Source: an uncultured Desulfospira sp. | GTDB taxonomy: Bacteria > Desulfobacterota > Desulfobacteria > Desulfobacterales > Desulfobacteraceae | Length of the DNA stretch: 64,000 bases | Assembly: GCA_963663165.1 (NCBI GenBank) | Contig: OY760175.1 | Coordinates: 4,864,001-4,928,000 of the forward strand | Direction of reading: 5' to 3' | In this document: positions 29,283 through 39,047 of the stretch, piece after piece | Layout: each line of letters starts with the position of its first letter | Numbering within the stretch: the first letter of the stretch is position 1 | The notes under the pieces: generated by a model | Seen by the model: the letters and a program-made list of their open reading frames with translations, nothing else | What the model was told of the DNA's origin: nothing | Databases searched by the model: none | Position numbers and translations under genes: made by a program

Positions 29283-31283
29283 ATGGCAAAAGTCATTTTC
29301 GGGGTCTGGGACAATCTGGTCGTCGATAACCGGAGCAAGAAAATTTTTGAGATCGACGAACACGCTGAGTTCAAGGATTTTGACGAATTCAATCCGGGCA
29401 ATCCCATCAAGGCCTTTCTGGGGCCCCATGGTTTTTTTATTTTTGAGCCTGGGGTCAATCTTCTGGACGCTGTCCGCCAGTACATGGAGCGGGTGGCCAA
29501 AGAATCCTGCGGTAAATGTACGCCCTGCCGGGTGGGGACCCAGATCATCCGGTCCAAGCTTGAGGACCTGGCCTTGGGCCGGGGCACCAATGAACTGCTC
29601 AACGAAATCGAGTCCGTGGCCGTCCATGTCCGGACCACTTCCATGTGCGGGTTGGGCCGCACCGCCACCGTGGCGCTGGAGGAGATGATCCGGTACTTCA
29701 GGGAAGAGCTGACCCCGTCAGGCTCAGGCCGCCGGACCCCGGAAAAACAACCCGGCGTCACCTATGTCACGGCACCCTGTATCGAGGCCTGCCCGTCCCG
29801 GGTGGATGTGCCCCGGTACATTGATTATGTCAAAGACGGCAAGTTCACCCACTCTTTGGGCATTATCCTGCAAAAATATCCCATGGCCGCCACCTGCGGC
29901 CGGGTCTGTGTGAGGTTCTGCGAAATGGCCTGCCAGCGGACCCAGGTGGATGAGGCCGTGGGGATCAAGGTTCTCAAACGGTTTGTGGCCGACCATGAAC
30001 AGGAGATGAGCACCGAGTGGTTCTCCTCGCACACCGTCCCAAAGAAAAAGGACCCCGACCTTAAGGTGGCCGTGATCGGAACGGGTCCTGCCGGGATCTC
30101 CGCCGCCTATCACCTGCTGCTCAAGGGATACCCGGTGGATGTCTATGAGGCCAAGTCCGTTCCCGGCGGTATGGCGGCTACGGGCATTCCCGAGTACCGG
30201 CTGCCCAAGGCGGTCTTAAGCAAAGAAATCGGCATTATCCAGGCCCTGGGGGGAAATCTGTATTACAACAAAAAGATGGGCAAGGACTTTACCCTGTCCC
30301 AACTGCTGGGCCGGGGATACAAGGCGGTATTCCTCGGGGTGGGGGCCCATAAGGGCCGTGTCATGAAGGCCATGGGAGAGGACCCCTCCCTTGACGGCTA
30401 CAGCTTTGGCGTGGATTTCCTCTTGCGCATCAACCATGAGTACATTGATAAAGGGATTCCCATGACCCTGGGCGAGAAAATGGTGGTGGTGGGCGGTGGC
30501 AATGTGGCCATGGACTGTGTGAGGTCGGCCCTGCGCATGGGGGTCAAAGAGGTCCATCTGGTGTACCGCCGAAGCCGTGAGGAAATGCCGGCAGATCCCG
30601 ACGAAATTGAAGCCGCTGAAAAAGAAGGGGTGATTTTTCACATGCTGGTCAATCCCGTGCGGGTCATTGCTGAAAAAGGCAAGATCAAGGCCGTGGAACT
30701 GGTGGAAATGGCCCTGGGCGAACCGGACAGTTCCGGCCGCCGGAGCGCCACCCCCATTGAGGGGTCCCAGTTTATCCTGGAAACCGACCACCTGATTCCG
30801 GCCATCGGCCAGGAGGTGGAGCCAGGCTTTGTGTCTCCTGAAGCAGACCAGGTGGCCTTTAATTCCTGGGGCACCATCCAGGTGGATCCCAACTCGCTGA
30901 TGACCACCCGCAAAGGGGTGTTTGCCGGCGGGGACTGTGTGACGGGGCCGGCCACCCTGGTCCAGGCCATGGCCCAGGGTGAAAAGGCGGCCAGGGCCAT
31001 GGACGATTACCTCACCTGCGGCCGGGTCCGGTTTTTTCCGGCTGACCGGATGAGTGAACTGGTGGCATCGGTGCAGCCCATGATCGCCTCGGGCGTTAGG
31101 ATCCCGGTCCGCCATGAATACCGGGTCAAGATTCCCGAACTCAATCCCGAAGTCCGCAAAAAAATCTTTGAGGAGGTGGAAAAACCCATTTCCGTGGATG
31201 AGGCGTACCATGAGGCCCACCGGTGCATGCGGTGTTACCGGGTCTATTCAGTCATCACAGAGCAAGAAGGAGGCAGACCATGA
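29283..31283 (+). CDS. SfrB/GltD-like FAD/Fe-S NAD(P)H oxidoreductase with N-terminal NuoF-type 4Fe-4S domain
   Basis: ESCGKCTPCRVG..SMCGLG; PCIEACP, CGRVC..FCE..C; GTGPAG, GIPEYRLP, GGGNVAMD, YRRSREEMPA. Confidence 0.88.
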   Translation: MAKVIFGVWDNLVVDNRSKKIFEIDEHAEFKDFDEFNPGNPIKAFLGPHGFFIFEPGVNLLDAVRQYMERVAKESCGKCTPCRVGTQIIRSKLEDLALGRGTNELLNEIESVAVHVRTTSMCGLGRTATVALEEMIRYFREELTPSGSGRRTPEKQPGVTYVTAPCIEACPSRVDVPRYIDYVKDGKFTHSLGIILQKYPMAATCGRVCVRFCEMACQRTQVDEAVGIKVLKRFVADHEQEMSTEWFSSHTVPKKKDPDLKVAVIGTGPAGISAAYHLLLKGYPVDVYEAKSVPGGMAATGIPEYRLPKAVLSKEIGIIQALGGNLYYNKKMGKDFTLSQLLGRGYKAVFLGVGAHKGRVMKAMGEDPSLDGYSFGVDFLLRINHEYIDKGIPMTLGEKMVVVGGGNVAMDCVRSALRMGVKEVHLVYRRSREEMPADPDEIEAAEKEGVIFHMLVNPVRVIAEKGKIKAVELVEMALGEPDSSGRRSATPIEGSQFILETDHLIPAIGQEVEPGFVSPEADQVAFNSWGTIQVDPNSLMTTRKGVFAGGDCVTGPATLVQAMAQGEKAARAMDDYLTCGRVRFFPADRMSELVASVQPMIASGVRIPVRHEYRVKIPELNPEVRKKIFEEVEKPISVDEAYHEAHRCMRCYRVYSVITEQEGGRP

Positions 31284-33079
31284 TCGGATACATCAACGGC
31301 AAAGAGGTGTCCTTTGAACCCGATGAGACCATTCTCACCGTGGCCAGACGAAATGGCCATTTTATCCCCACCCTGTGCGAAATGGCAGACCTTAACCATA
31401 CGCCGGGCACCTGCCGGGTCTGTCTGGTGGAGATGCGCCTGGCAAATCAGACCGGCTATCAGGTGGTGACCTCCTGTACCACCCCCATGGCTGAAAATAT
31501 CGACGTTCTGACCCGGACGCCCCGGGTGCGCCAGATGCAGCGCCTGCAGGTGGAACTGCTTTTGGCCGACCACAACCAGGACTGCGCCTCCTGTATCCGC
31601 CACGGCAATTGCGAATTGCAGGACGTGGCCCAGTTTGTGGGCTTGCAGCAGACCCGGTATCACTACCCCCATTTTTACGAGCAGCGGACCCGGGACTTTT
31701 CCTCACAGGCCGTGGTCCGGGACATGAGCAAGTGTATCCGCTGTTTCCGCTGTGTGAGCGTATGCCGGGAGATCCAGGGAGTGGATGCCCTGGTGATCAC
31801 GGAAAAGGGACTGGAAACCGAAATCAGCGTAAGAGACGGGCTTCCTCTGGGCAGTTCCGCCTGCGTCGGATGCGGACAGTGCATCCTGGTCTGCCCGGTA
31901 GGGGCACTGGCGGAAAAGAACGACATTGAAACCGTACAGGACTTTCTTTACGATCCGTCCGTCATTACCGTGTTCCAGTTTGCTCCGGCCGTGCGCACGG
32001 CCTTGGGTGAAGAATTCGGCCTTTCCCCAGGAATCAATGTAGAGGGCAAGCTCATCACCGCCCTTAAAGCCCTGGGCGCAGATCTGGTTCTGGACACCAA
32101 CTTTGCAGCGGATCTGGTGATTATGGAAGAGGGCAGCGAACTTCTGAACCGCCTGGAAAAAAAGCGGGCCCTGCCCATGTTCACCTCCTGCTGTCCGGCC
32201 TGGATTTCCTATGTGGAAAAAAATTATCCGGATTTTACCAGCCATGTATCCACCACCCGATCCCCCCAGCAGTGTTTCGGGGCCATTGCCAAAACCTTTC
32301 TGGCCCAAAAGGCGGGCTGGTCCCCTGAGCAGATGCGGGTGGTCTCCATCATGCCCTGTACCGCCAAAAAAGGGGAGGCCCAGCGGCCTGAATTCAGCAA
32401 GAACGGCCGGCCGGATGTGGATGTGGTCCTCACCACCCGGGAGTTGGCCCGGCTGCTTCGGCGGGAAGGCATTGCCCTGGGCGATCTGGAACCGGATGGC
32501 TTTGACAACCCCTGGATGGGCACCTGGTCCGGCGCGGCCGTGATTTTCGGGTCCACCGGCGGGGTGATGGAGGCGGCGGTGCGGACGGTTCACCAGGTGG
32601 TGACCGGCAAGGAGCTGGGCCAGGTGATATTTGACCAGGTCCGGGGCGATGACCGGGTCCGGGAAGCCACGGTAGACTTTGGGGACGGCAAGGGGTCTGT
32701 CAAGGTGGCGGTGGTTCACACCCTGAAAGCCGCGGACAAGATCCTTAAACAGCTGGCGGCCGGCCAATGTGACTACCATTTTGTTGAGGTGATGGCCTGT
32801 CCGGGCGGCTGTGCCGGCGGCGGGGGACAGCCGAGAAGCAAACATGCCTTCCAGGCCGGGGCACCCTTACGCCGGGAAGGCCTATACCAGATTGACGAGA
32901 CATCGGCCGTGCGCCAGTCCCACAACAATCCCCAGATTGCCAAACTTTATAAGGAATTTCTCGGGGCGCCGTTGGGGCACAAGTCCCATGAACTGCTGCA
33001 CACCCGGTATATGAACCGCAGCCGGAAAGTCTCCCGCACCATGAGTGAAATCTGGCGGGAGATTGAAGAAAGAGCATAA
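31280..33079 (+). CDS. hydA: [FeFe] hydrogenase, group A catalytic subunit (2Fe-2S, His-ligated 4Fe-4S, 2x4Fe-4S, H-cluster)
   Basis: H-cluster motifs FTSCCPAW, MPCTAKKGE, EVMACPGGCAGGGGQP; SHNNP..LHTRY tail; AGGAGG RBS and ATGA overlap. Confidence 0.95.
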   Translation: MIGYINGKEVSFEPDETILTVARRNGHFIPTLCEMADLNHTPGTCRVCLVEMRLANQTGYQVVTSCTTPMAENIDVLTRTPRVRQMQRLQVELLLADHNQDCASCIRHGNCELQDVAQFVGLQQTRYHYPHFYEQRTRDFSSQAVVRDMSKCIRCFRCVSVCREIQGVDALVITEKGLETEISVRDGLPLGSSACVGCGQCILVCPVGALAEKNDIETVQDFLYDPSVITVFQFAPAVRTALGEEFGLSPGINVEGKLITALKALGADLVLDTNFAADLVIMEEGSELLNRLEKKRALPMFTSCCPAWISYVEKNYPDFTSHVSTTRSPQQCFGAIAKTFLAQKAGWSPEQMRVVSIMPCTAKKGEAQRPEFSKNGRPDVDVVLTTRELARLLRREGIALGDLEPDGFDNPWMGTWSGAAVIFGSTGGVMEAAVRTVHQVVTGKELGQVIFDQVRGDDRVREATVDFGDGKGSVKVAVVHTLKAADKILKQLAAGQCDYHFVEVMACPGGCAGGGGQPRSKHAFQAGAPLRREGLYQIDETSAVRQSHNNPQIAKLYKEFLGAPLGHKSHELLHTRYMNRSRKVSRTMSEIWREIEERA

Positions 33080-33093
33080 TAAGGAAGAATTTT

Positions 33094-35208
33094 ATGGCGA
33101 ACAGTCTGTATATTACCCCCACTGAAACCCGAAGCGGAAAATCCCTGGTTGTTCTTGGCATCATGCAGCTTTTGCTCAAAGATATCAGAATTGTAGGATT
33201 TTTCAGGCCCATTATCAACCCTGGTGAAAAGGGGGCAAGGGATCATGATATTGATCTGGTCCTTTCCCACTTTTACCTGGGGATCCAATATGAGGAAACC
33301 TACGCCTACACCCTGGAGGAGGCCAAGCAGATGGTCAACTCCGGGCGCCAGGCCCAGATGATGGAAACCATTTTAGACAAGTATAAAGCCCTGGAGGAAA
33401 AGTGCCGGTTTGTCCTGTGCGAGGGCACTGATTTTGCCGCCGGGTCCGAGGCCTTTGAATTTGATATCAATGCTGATATCATGGCTGACCTGGGATGTCC
33501 GGCCCTGGTGGTCTCCAACGGATTTGAAAAACAGATGGAACAGGTGGTCAGCTCCTGTCAGCTGGCCGTGGAAAGCCTGATCCACCGGGGGGTGGATGTG
33601 CTGGCCCTCATGGTCAACCGGGCGGCACCCGATGGCCTGGCCAGCCTTAAGATAGAGCTGGATATGGCCATCTCCCGGCCCGAGGTGCTGGTGTATACCA
33701 TTCCCGAAACCCCGGCCCTGAACCGGCCGTCGGTCAGGGATTTGATCCAGCCGGTGGATGCCCAGGTCATTTACGGCCGGAATGCCCTGGAAAACCAGAT
33801 TTCCGGGAGCCTGATCGCGGCCATGCTGTCCCCTAATTTTTTGGATCACATTAAAAAAGACAACCTGGTGGTGACCTCCGGGGACCGCTCCAGCATAGTC
33901 CTCACCTGTCTGGCCTCCCGGCACTCCATGGCCTATCCGGATATTGCGGGCATCCTGGTCACCGGAGGGATTCCCATCCCCGATTCCGTGATGCGGCTTA
34001 TCAATGGGTGGACAGAGCTGCCCGTGCCCATTCTCCAGACCCGGATGGACACCCATTCGGCCGTCAAGGCCGTTGACCAGGTCTATGGCCGGATCTGCGC
34101 CGATGACCCCCGGCGCATTGCCCTGGGGCTGGGGATCTTTGAATCCAGTGTGGATGCCGCATCTTTCAGGCAGCGGCTTTCCGCCAGGAAATCCGTGCGG
34201 ATCACCCCCCAGATGTTTGAGTACAGCCTTATTGAAAAGGCCAAGAAAGACCGCCAGCATATTGTGCTGCCCGAGGGCACCAGTGAGCGGATTCTAAAGG
34301 CTGCGGACATTCTGCTGCGCCGTTCGTTCTGCGATATTACCCTGCTGGGCAAAACCGATGATGTGTTGCGACGGATCAAGGAACTTGGTCTGAACCTGAC
34401 CCAGGCCCGGATCGTCCAGCCCGATGAAAGCCCGCTGCTGGATGATTATGCCAAGACTTATTTTGAATTGAGAAAACACAAAGGCGTTACCCTTGACATG
34501 GCCAGGGATACATTAACGGATCCCTCCTATTTTGGGACCATGATGGTCCACAAAGGGGATGCCGACGGCATGGTGTCCGGATCCGTGAATACCACGGCCC
34601 ATACCATCCTGCCGGCGTTTCAGATCATCAAAACCCAGCCGGGATGTACCATTGTGTCCTCAATATTTCTCATGTGCCTTAAAGACCGGGTCCTGGTTTT
34701 TGGCGATTGTGCCGTTAACCCCAACCCCACGGCCTCCCAGCTGGCGGAAATCGCCGTGGCATCGGCCAGGACAGCGGCTATTTTCGGCATTGAGCCCCGG
34801 GTGGCCATGCTGTCCTATTCCACAGGATCTTCGGGTTCCGGAGCCGATGTGGACAAGGTCATCCAGGCCACGGCCCAGGCTCGCAAGGCAGCCCCGGACC
34901 TTCCCATTGAAGGGCCCATTCAGTATGATGCCGCCATTGACCCCACGGTGGCCATGACCAAACTGCCCAACTCCCAGGTGGCCGGAAGGGCCACGGTATT
35001 TATCTTTCCGGACCTGAACACCGGGAACAATACCTACAAGGCCGTGCAGCGGGCTTCGGACAAAGCCGTGGCCATCGGCCCGGTCCTTCAGGGGTTGAAC
35101 CGGCCCATTAACGATTTAAGCCGGGGATGTACGGTACCGGATATTGTCAACACCGTGGCCATCACCGCCATCCAGGCCCAGGCCGGCAAGGCCCGGCGCG
35201 GGACCTGA
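33094..35208 (+). CDS. pta: Phosphate acetyltransferase, long form
   Basis: SGKS N-terminal domain, GDR/TGG (DRTGG) domain, IVLPEG, GDCAVNP.P, EGPIQYDAA, NDLSRGC. Confidence 0.95.
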   Translation: MANSLYITPTETRSGKSLVVLGIMQLLLKDIRIVGFFRPIINPGEKGARDHDIDLVLSHFYLGIQYEETYAYTLEEAKQMVNSGRQAQMMETILDKYKALEEKCRFVLCEGTDFAAGSEAFEFDINADIMADLGCPALVVSNGFEKQMEQVVSSCQLAVESLIHRGVDVLALMVNRAAPDGLASLKIELDMAISRPEVLVYTIPETPALNRPSVRDLIQPVDAQVIYGRNALENQISGSLIAAMLSPNFLDHIKKDNLVVTSGDRSSIVLTCLASRHSMAYPDIAGILVTGGIPIPDSVMRLINGWTELPVPILQTRMDTHSAVKAVDQVYGRICADDPRRIALGLGIFESSVDAASFRQRLSARKSVRITPQMFEYSLIEKAKKDRQHIVLPEGTSERILKAADILLRRSFCDITLLGKTDDVLRRIKELGLNLTQARIVQPDESPLLDDYAKTYFELRKHKGVTLDMARDTLTDPSYFGTMMVHKGDADGMVSGSVNTTAHTILPAFQIIKTQPGCTIVSSIFLMCLKDRVLVFGDCAVNPNPTASQLAEIAVASARTAAIFGIEPRVAMLSYSTGSSGSGADVDKVIQATAQARKAAPDLPIEGPIQYDAAIDPTVAMTKLPNSQVAGRATVFIFPDLNTGNNTYKAVQRASDKAVAIGPVLQGLNRPINDLSRGCTVPDIVNTVAITAIQAQAGKARRGT

Positions 35209-35372
35209 ACCGTTCCGGTCCTGGGGTCCGGTTCTTCAGGGGGCGGGACGCCGGGCCGGGATTAGAACGGTTAGACGTTGCTGGATGTTCACCATTGGCC
35301 GTCAGCTTCTGGTTTCACCAGATTGGCTGACGGCCAATTGCTTTTTATTTTTTTTGATCGTATAAATTATAC

Positions 35373-36563
35373 ATGGAAAAAATGACCAGAAGACAATGGT
35401 TAACCCTGGCCGGGTCCATGGCCCCGGCCGTGGCCGGGATTTGCCTGGGGTTTCCTTATGATGCCTGTGCCGGGTTGTTTTCCAAAGGAAAATCTTTGGG
35501 GTCCGTTAAAGGGAAAATTTTCAAGAACGACGCCCCGTCAAGCCCCTGGCAATGGTCAGCCCCGGCCAGATTTTATCAGACGCTTGGCCAGAAGCGGGTC
35601 ATGTGCAGCACCTGCCCGAACCGGTGTGTCCTTTCTCCCGGGGACAGAAGTGTCTGCCGGTCCCGGGTCAACATTGACGGGACCCTTTACAGCCTGGCCT
35701 ATGGAAATCCCTGTGCCGTGAACGTGGACCCCATGGAAAAAAAGCCCCTGTTCCATTTTAAGGCGGGCACCTCTGTATTTTCCATTGCCTGTACCGGATG
35801 CAGTTTCCGGTGCCTGAACTGCCAGAACTGGGAGATTTCCCAGGTAAAGCCCGAAGATGTCCGGGCCAGGACTTTGTTTCCCGATCAGGTGGTGGAAAAG
35901 GCAGTGGAGACCCAAAGCCCGTCCATCGCCTATACTTATTCGGAAGCCACCACGTTTTACGAGTACATGACGGACACGGCCCAAAAGGCAAAGGAAAAGG
36001 GCCTGTCCAACATCTATATTTCCAATGGGTATATCAACCCGGAGCCTTTGGATTATCTTTGCCGGGTCATTGACGCCGCCAACGTCAACCTCAAGGCCTT
36101 TTCAGATCCCGTATACCAGGCCCTTAACGGGGGCCGGCTCAAACCGGTGCTGAACACCTTTGAGACCCTCCACGAAAAAGGGGTCCACTTCGAAATCACC
36201 AACCTGGTGGTCCCGGGGTATACGGATGATCCCGCCATGATGGAGGCCATGTGCCAGTGGATTCTGGATCGCCTGGGACCGGATCATCCCCTTCATTTTT
36301 TACGGTTTTTTCCCCAGTACCGGCTCAACCGCCTGCCCCCCACACCGGTGGATACCTTGACCCGGTTCAGGCAAAAGGCCATGGACATGGGGATCCGGTA
36401 TGTTTATGCGGGCAATGTCCCGGGCCATGAGGGCAACCATACCTACTGCCATAATTGCGGGAAAAAAATCGTGGAACGGAAAGGGTATGCCGCGCCAGTG
36501 GTTCATATCCGGGATTCCCGATGTGAATTCTGCGCCACCAAGATTCCCGGTGTATGGGGATAA
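35373..36563 (+). CDS. amrS: AmmeMemoRadiSam radical SAM enzyme with twin-arginine-like leader
   Basis: MTRRQWL leader; DPMEKKPLFHF; GCSFRCLNCQNWEISQ (CxxxCxxC); AYTYSE, RFFPQY, YVYAGN. Confidence 0.93.
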   Translation: MEKMTRRQWLTLAGSMAPAVAGICLGFPYDACAGLFSKGKSLGSVKGKIFKNDAPSSPWQWSAPARFYQTLGQKRVMCSTCPNRCVLSPGDRSVCRSRVNIDGTLYSLAYGNPCAVNVDPMEKKPLFHFKAGTSVFSIACTGCSFRCLNCQNWEISQVKPEDVRARTLFPDQVVEKAVETQSPSIAYTYSEATTFYEYMTDTAQKAKEKGLSNIYISNGYINPEPLDYLCRVIDAANVNLKAFSDPVYQALNGGRLKPVLNTFETLHEKGVHFEITNLVVPGYTDDPAMMEAMCQWILDRLGPDHPLHFLRFFPQYRLNRLPPTPVDTLTRFRQKAMDMGIRYVYAGNVPGHEGNHTYCHNCGKKIVERKGYAAPVVHIRDSRCEFCATKIPGVWG

Positions 36564-36665
36564 ATCGGGCAGGCGCGCGGGTTGCCCGGTTTCCGGTTCC
36601 GGATTTTGGGCGGCCGGCCTTACGGCAGCTTTTTTACCCCAACCCGGTCCACTGATTAACGGGAC

Positions 36666-38591
36666 TTATCGTTTCATTTTTCGCCACAATGTGGTCCTGC
36701 TGATCCCCAGCTCTTTTGCCAGTTGTGATTTGTTTCCGGAAAGCTGATTCAGCTTTTCACTCAAAACAACCTGTTCAAACAAGGTCGTCATTTCATTTAA
36801 ATTGCCGCCCGGAAGCGCTTCGGCATGGCCGGAAGCAACACGGCTGTCTGATGAAACCGTCAGGGCCTCTTGCAAGAGGATTTTCGCCTCTGCCATGAAT
36901 TCCTTGGGTCCCATTATCTCCAATGATGCAACCATCCGGCGCAGGAGGTTTTCCAGTTCACGCACATTGCCCGGCCATGTATGCGACTGCAGAGCCTCCT
37001 TGTGGTGCATCAGCAGGCTGTAAATTTTTTTGGTCAAAGATCGGTCCGGACAGATGCGGTACAGGATGGTTCTGGTTAAGGGCAGAATATCTTCTTTCCT
37101 TTGGGACAGCGGCGGAATTTCCATGTGCAGGATATTGAGCCGGTGATACAGGTCCAGACGGAATCGATCTTGTTTTATGGCCTCGTCAAGCTGTCTGTTG
37201 GTTGCGGTGATTATTCGGACATCCACCGGAATTATTTTGGCGTCGCCGATGCGCATGATTTCTTTTTCCTGCAGCACACGAAGCAGCAGGACCTGGGTTT
37301 CCAGGGATATTTCCCCGATCTCGTCAAGAAAGATGGTCCCGCCGTGAGCCAGTTCAAAAAGACCTTGTTTCCCCCCTCGTAAGGCGCCGGTAAAAGCGCC
37401 TTCAGCGTAGCCGAACAACTCGCTTTCCAGCAGATTGGCCGGGATGGTGGCACAGCTGACGGCAACAAAAGGGTGATCGCGCCGCGGGCTGGCATTGTGC
37501 AGGCTTTGTGCAAAAATTTCCTTTCCGGTGCCGGTCTCGCCGGTGATCAGTACGGTTTCGTCCGATTTGGCATAATGTCGTGCGCGCTTTACAATTTTTA
37601 TGGCCGCAGGGCTTTTGGCAATAATATCATCAAACGTCAGTTTGGCGTGAAGTGATTTTTGATGCGCCGCCCGCCGTATTTTTTCCTCTAATGACCGGAT
37701 ATGCGACAATTCCTGAAAGGTAATAATGGTGCCGACAAATCGTTTTCTGTCATGAATTGGTATGGTGTTGACCATCAGCTGATTCTTGCCAAAGGCCTTG
37801 ATTTCGGCAAGGCGGGGCACTGCCCGTGATTTGCTGGGACAGATGAGGCCGTTGGGCATTATATCACCGGCTTTCTTGCCAAGCACTTCGCTGCCCGACA
37901 GCATCAGCATACGCTCGGCTGCCGGATTGAAAACGGTTATGATGTTATGGTGGTCGGTTACGACAATTCCGGAAGAAGCAAACTGCACCGTATACTTAAA
38001 CTTCATGGCTTCATAGCGTTCTTTGCGCTGTACGGCGGAAATCTGCCTGGCCTGCTGATAAGCCTGTTCTATCATTTCAGGTCCGGGAAGCAGTGTCACG
38101 AAATTAAAACCGATATCACGGGCTATGCCTTCATTGATGCCGCCGCCGACACCGCACACACAGCCGTCCTGCCGGGCCTGTCGTATTTTTTCCGAGGCAT
38201 CCTCAGGCCCTACAAATACATAGGCCTTGACCGGGCATTCGAGCATGGCGCTGATGGCATCAAGGCGGGGGCTGCTTTCATGGGGTTCAAACATGGCAAC
38301 AGGTCCACCGAAAAGCCGTTTGGCTTCATTGACCGCAACGGCAATATCAAAGGTGCTCATGGGGATATGAACCACAGGAACGGAACAGGTTGACCGGAGC
38401 TTTCGTGAATGAAAAGCCGTGGTCACGATAACCTCACAACCGATCTTTTCGATTTTGCGCAATGTCGATTCGGCCCCGTCCATGACACTGTCTTCGAAAA
38501 TATGGGGAGGGGACTGGCTTTCTGCAAAATGGGAATACAGTCGTGAGGTGAGTTTTGGATATGGTGATATGAAACAAATTTTATAGCTCAT
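36666..38591 (-). CDS. sigma-54-dependent activator, PrpR-like (N-terminal sensor, PAS, AAA+, Fis HTH)
   Basis: GETGTGKE, ESELFGY, GAFTGA, FLDEIGE, WPGNVREL, LGISRTTLWRK; likely start MSYKICF. Confidence 0.92.
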   Translation of the reverse strand: MSYKICFISPYPKLTSRLYSHFAESQSPPHIFEDSVMDGAESTLRKIEKIGCEVIVTTAFHSRKLRSTCSVPVVHIPMSTFDIAVAVNEAKRLFGGPVAMFEPHESSPRLDAISAMLECPVKAYVFVGPEDASEKIRQARQDGCVCGVGGGINEGIARDIGFNFVTLLPGPEMIEQAYQQARQISAVQRKERYEAMKFKYTVQFASSGIVVTDHHNIITVFNPAAERMLMLSGSEVLGKKAGDIMPNGLICPSKSRAVPRLAEIKAFGKNQLMVNTIPIHDRKRFVGTIITFQELSHIRSLEEKIRRAAHQKSLHAKLTFDDIIAKSPAAIKIVKRARHYAKSDETVLITGETGTGKEIFAQSLHNASPRRDHPFVAVSCATIPANLLESELFGYAEGAFTGALRGGKQGLFELAHGGTIFLDEIGEISLETQVLLLRVLQEKEIMRIGDAKIIPVDVRIITATNRQLDEAIKQDRFRLDLYHRLNILHMEIPPLSQRKEDILPLTRTILYRICPDRSLTKKIYSLLMHHKEALQSHTWPGNVRELENLLRRMVASLEIMGPKEFMAEAKILLQEALTVSSDSRVASGHAEALPGGNLNEMTTLFEQVVLSEKLNQLSGNKSQLAKELGISRTTLWRKMKR

Positions 38592-38660
38592 TAAGGCAGT
38601 CTCCAAATGCTCAATTCTTTTAGTTCCAGTAGCAGAAGTGTGGCGCCAAAGCAACTGATT

Positions 38661-38698
38661 TTTCATAAATGAAACACTCATGTTGTAAAAATGAAACA
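38661..38698. promoter_or_regulatory. Tandem upstream activator sites for the divergent activator
   Basis: TTTCA-TAAA-TGAAACA and TGTTGTA-AAAA-TGAAACA, about 150-190 bp upstream of the -24/-12 box. Confidence 0.55.
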
Positions 38699-38849
38699 TC
38701 AGCCATTGGGCGGGCTCAATGTTTTTAAAAATGGAAGGACAGACCGGCAGTGAAAATGGTTTTTGCAGACGAGCCGTATTCCGCGGGCATGGCCTTTTGC
38801 ATGATGGGGGCATATTCTTTTAAACAATATCGTCCCAAGGATGTAATTA

Positions 38850-38865
38850 TGGCATTTTCTTTGCT
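38850..38865 (+). promoter_or_regulatory. sigma-54 promoter of the TRAP operon
   Basis: TGGCATTTTCTTTGCT (GG-N10-GC). Confidence 0.75.
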
Positions 38866-39047
38866 TAATGTGGGGCTATGAGGTGTTAAGAAGTGGGTGG
38901 GCCTAACACCGGCCAGAATAGGCGCCACCATAACTGCCATGGGCAGGCCATCCGGTTTAAGGCCTGCCACAATGAAACATGAAAGCCGTTGGCCGTCTGC
39001 CAGGGCTTTCAGAAAATGAGCGTTGCATCAATCAAAAGGAGGGTACA

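Noticed and set aside
30216..34260. Long antisense ORFs (334, 380 and 295 aa) over the hydrogenase-pta operon
   Set aside because: Shadow frames caused by high third-position GC in the real genes; the same applies to most nested ORFs in the track.
38785..38801. Alternative sigma-54 box GGGCATGGCCTTTTGC
   Set aside because: GG-to-GC spacing is 11, not 10; the 38850 site fits exactly.
36666..38813. 715-aa version of the activator and other extended N-termini (7111, 11260, 31223, 38979, 63607)
   Set aside because: The extensions run through promoter regions or neighbouring genes; downstream starts fit the RBS or family N-terminus better.
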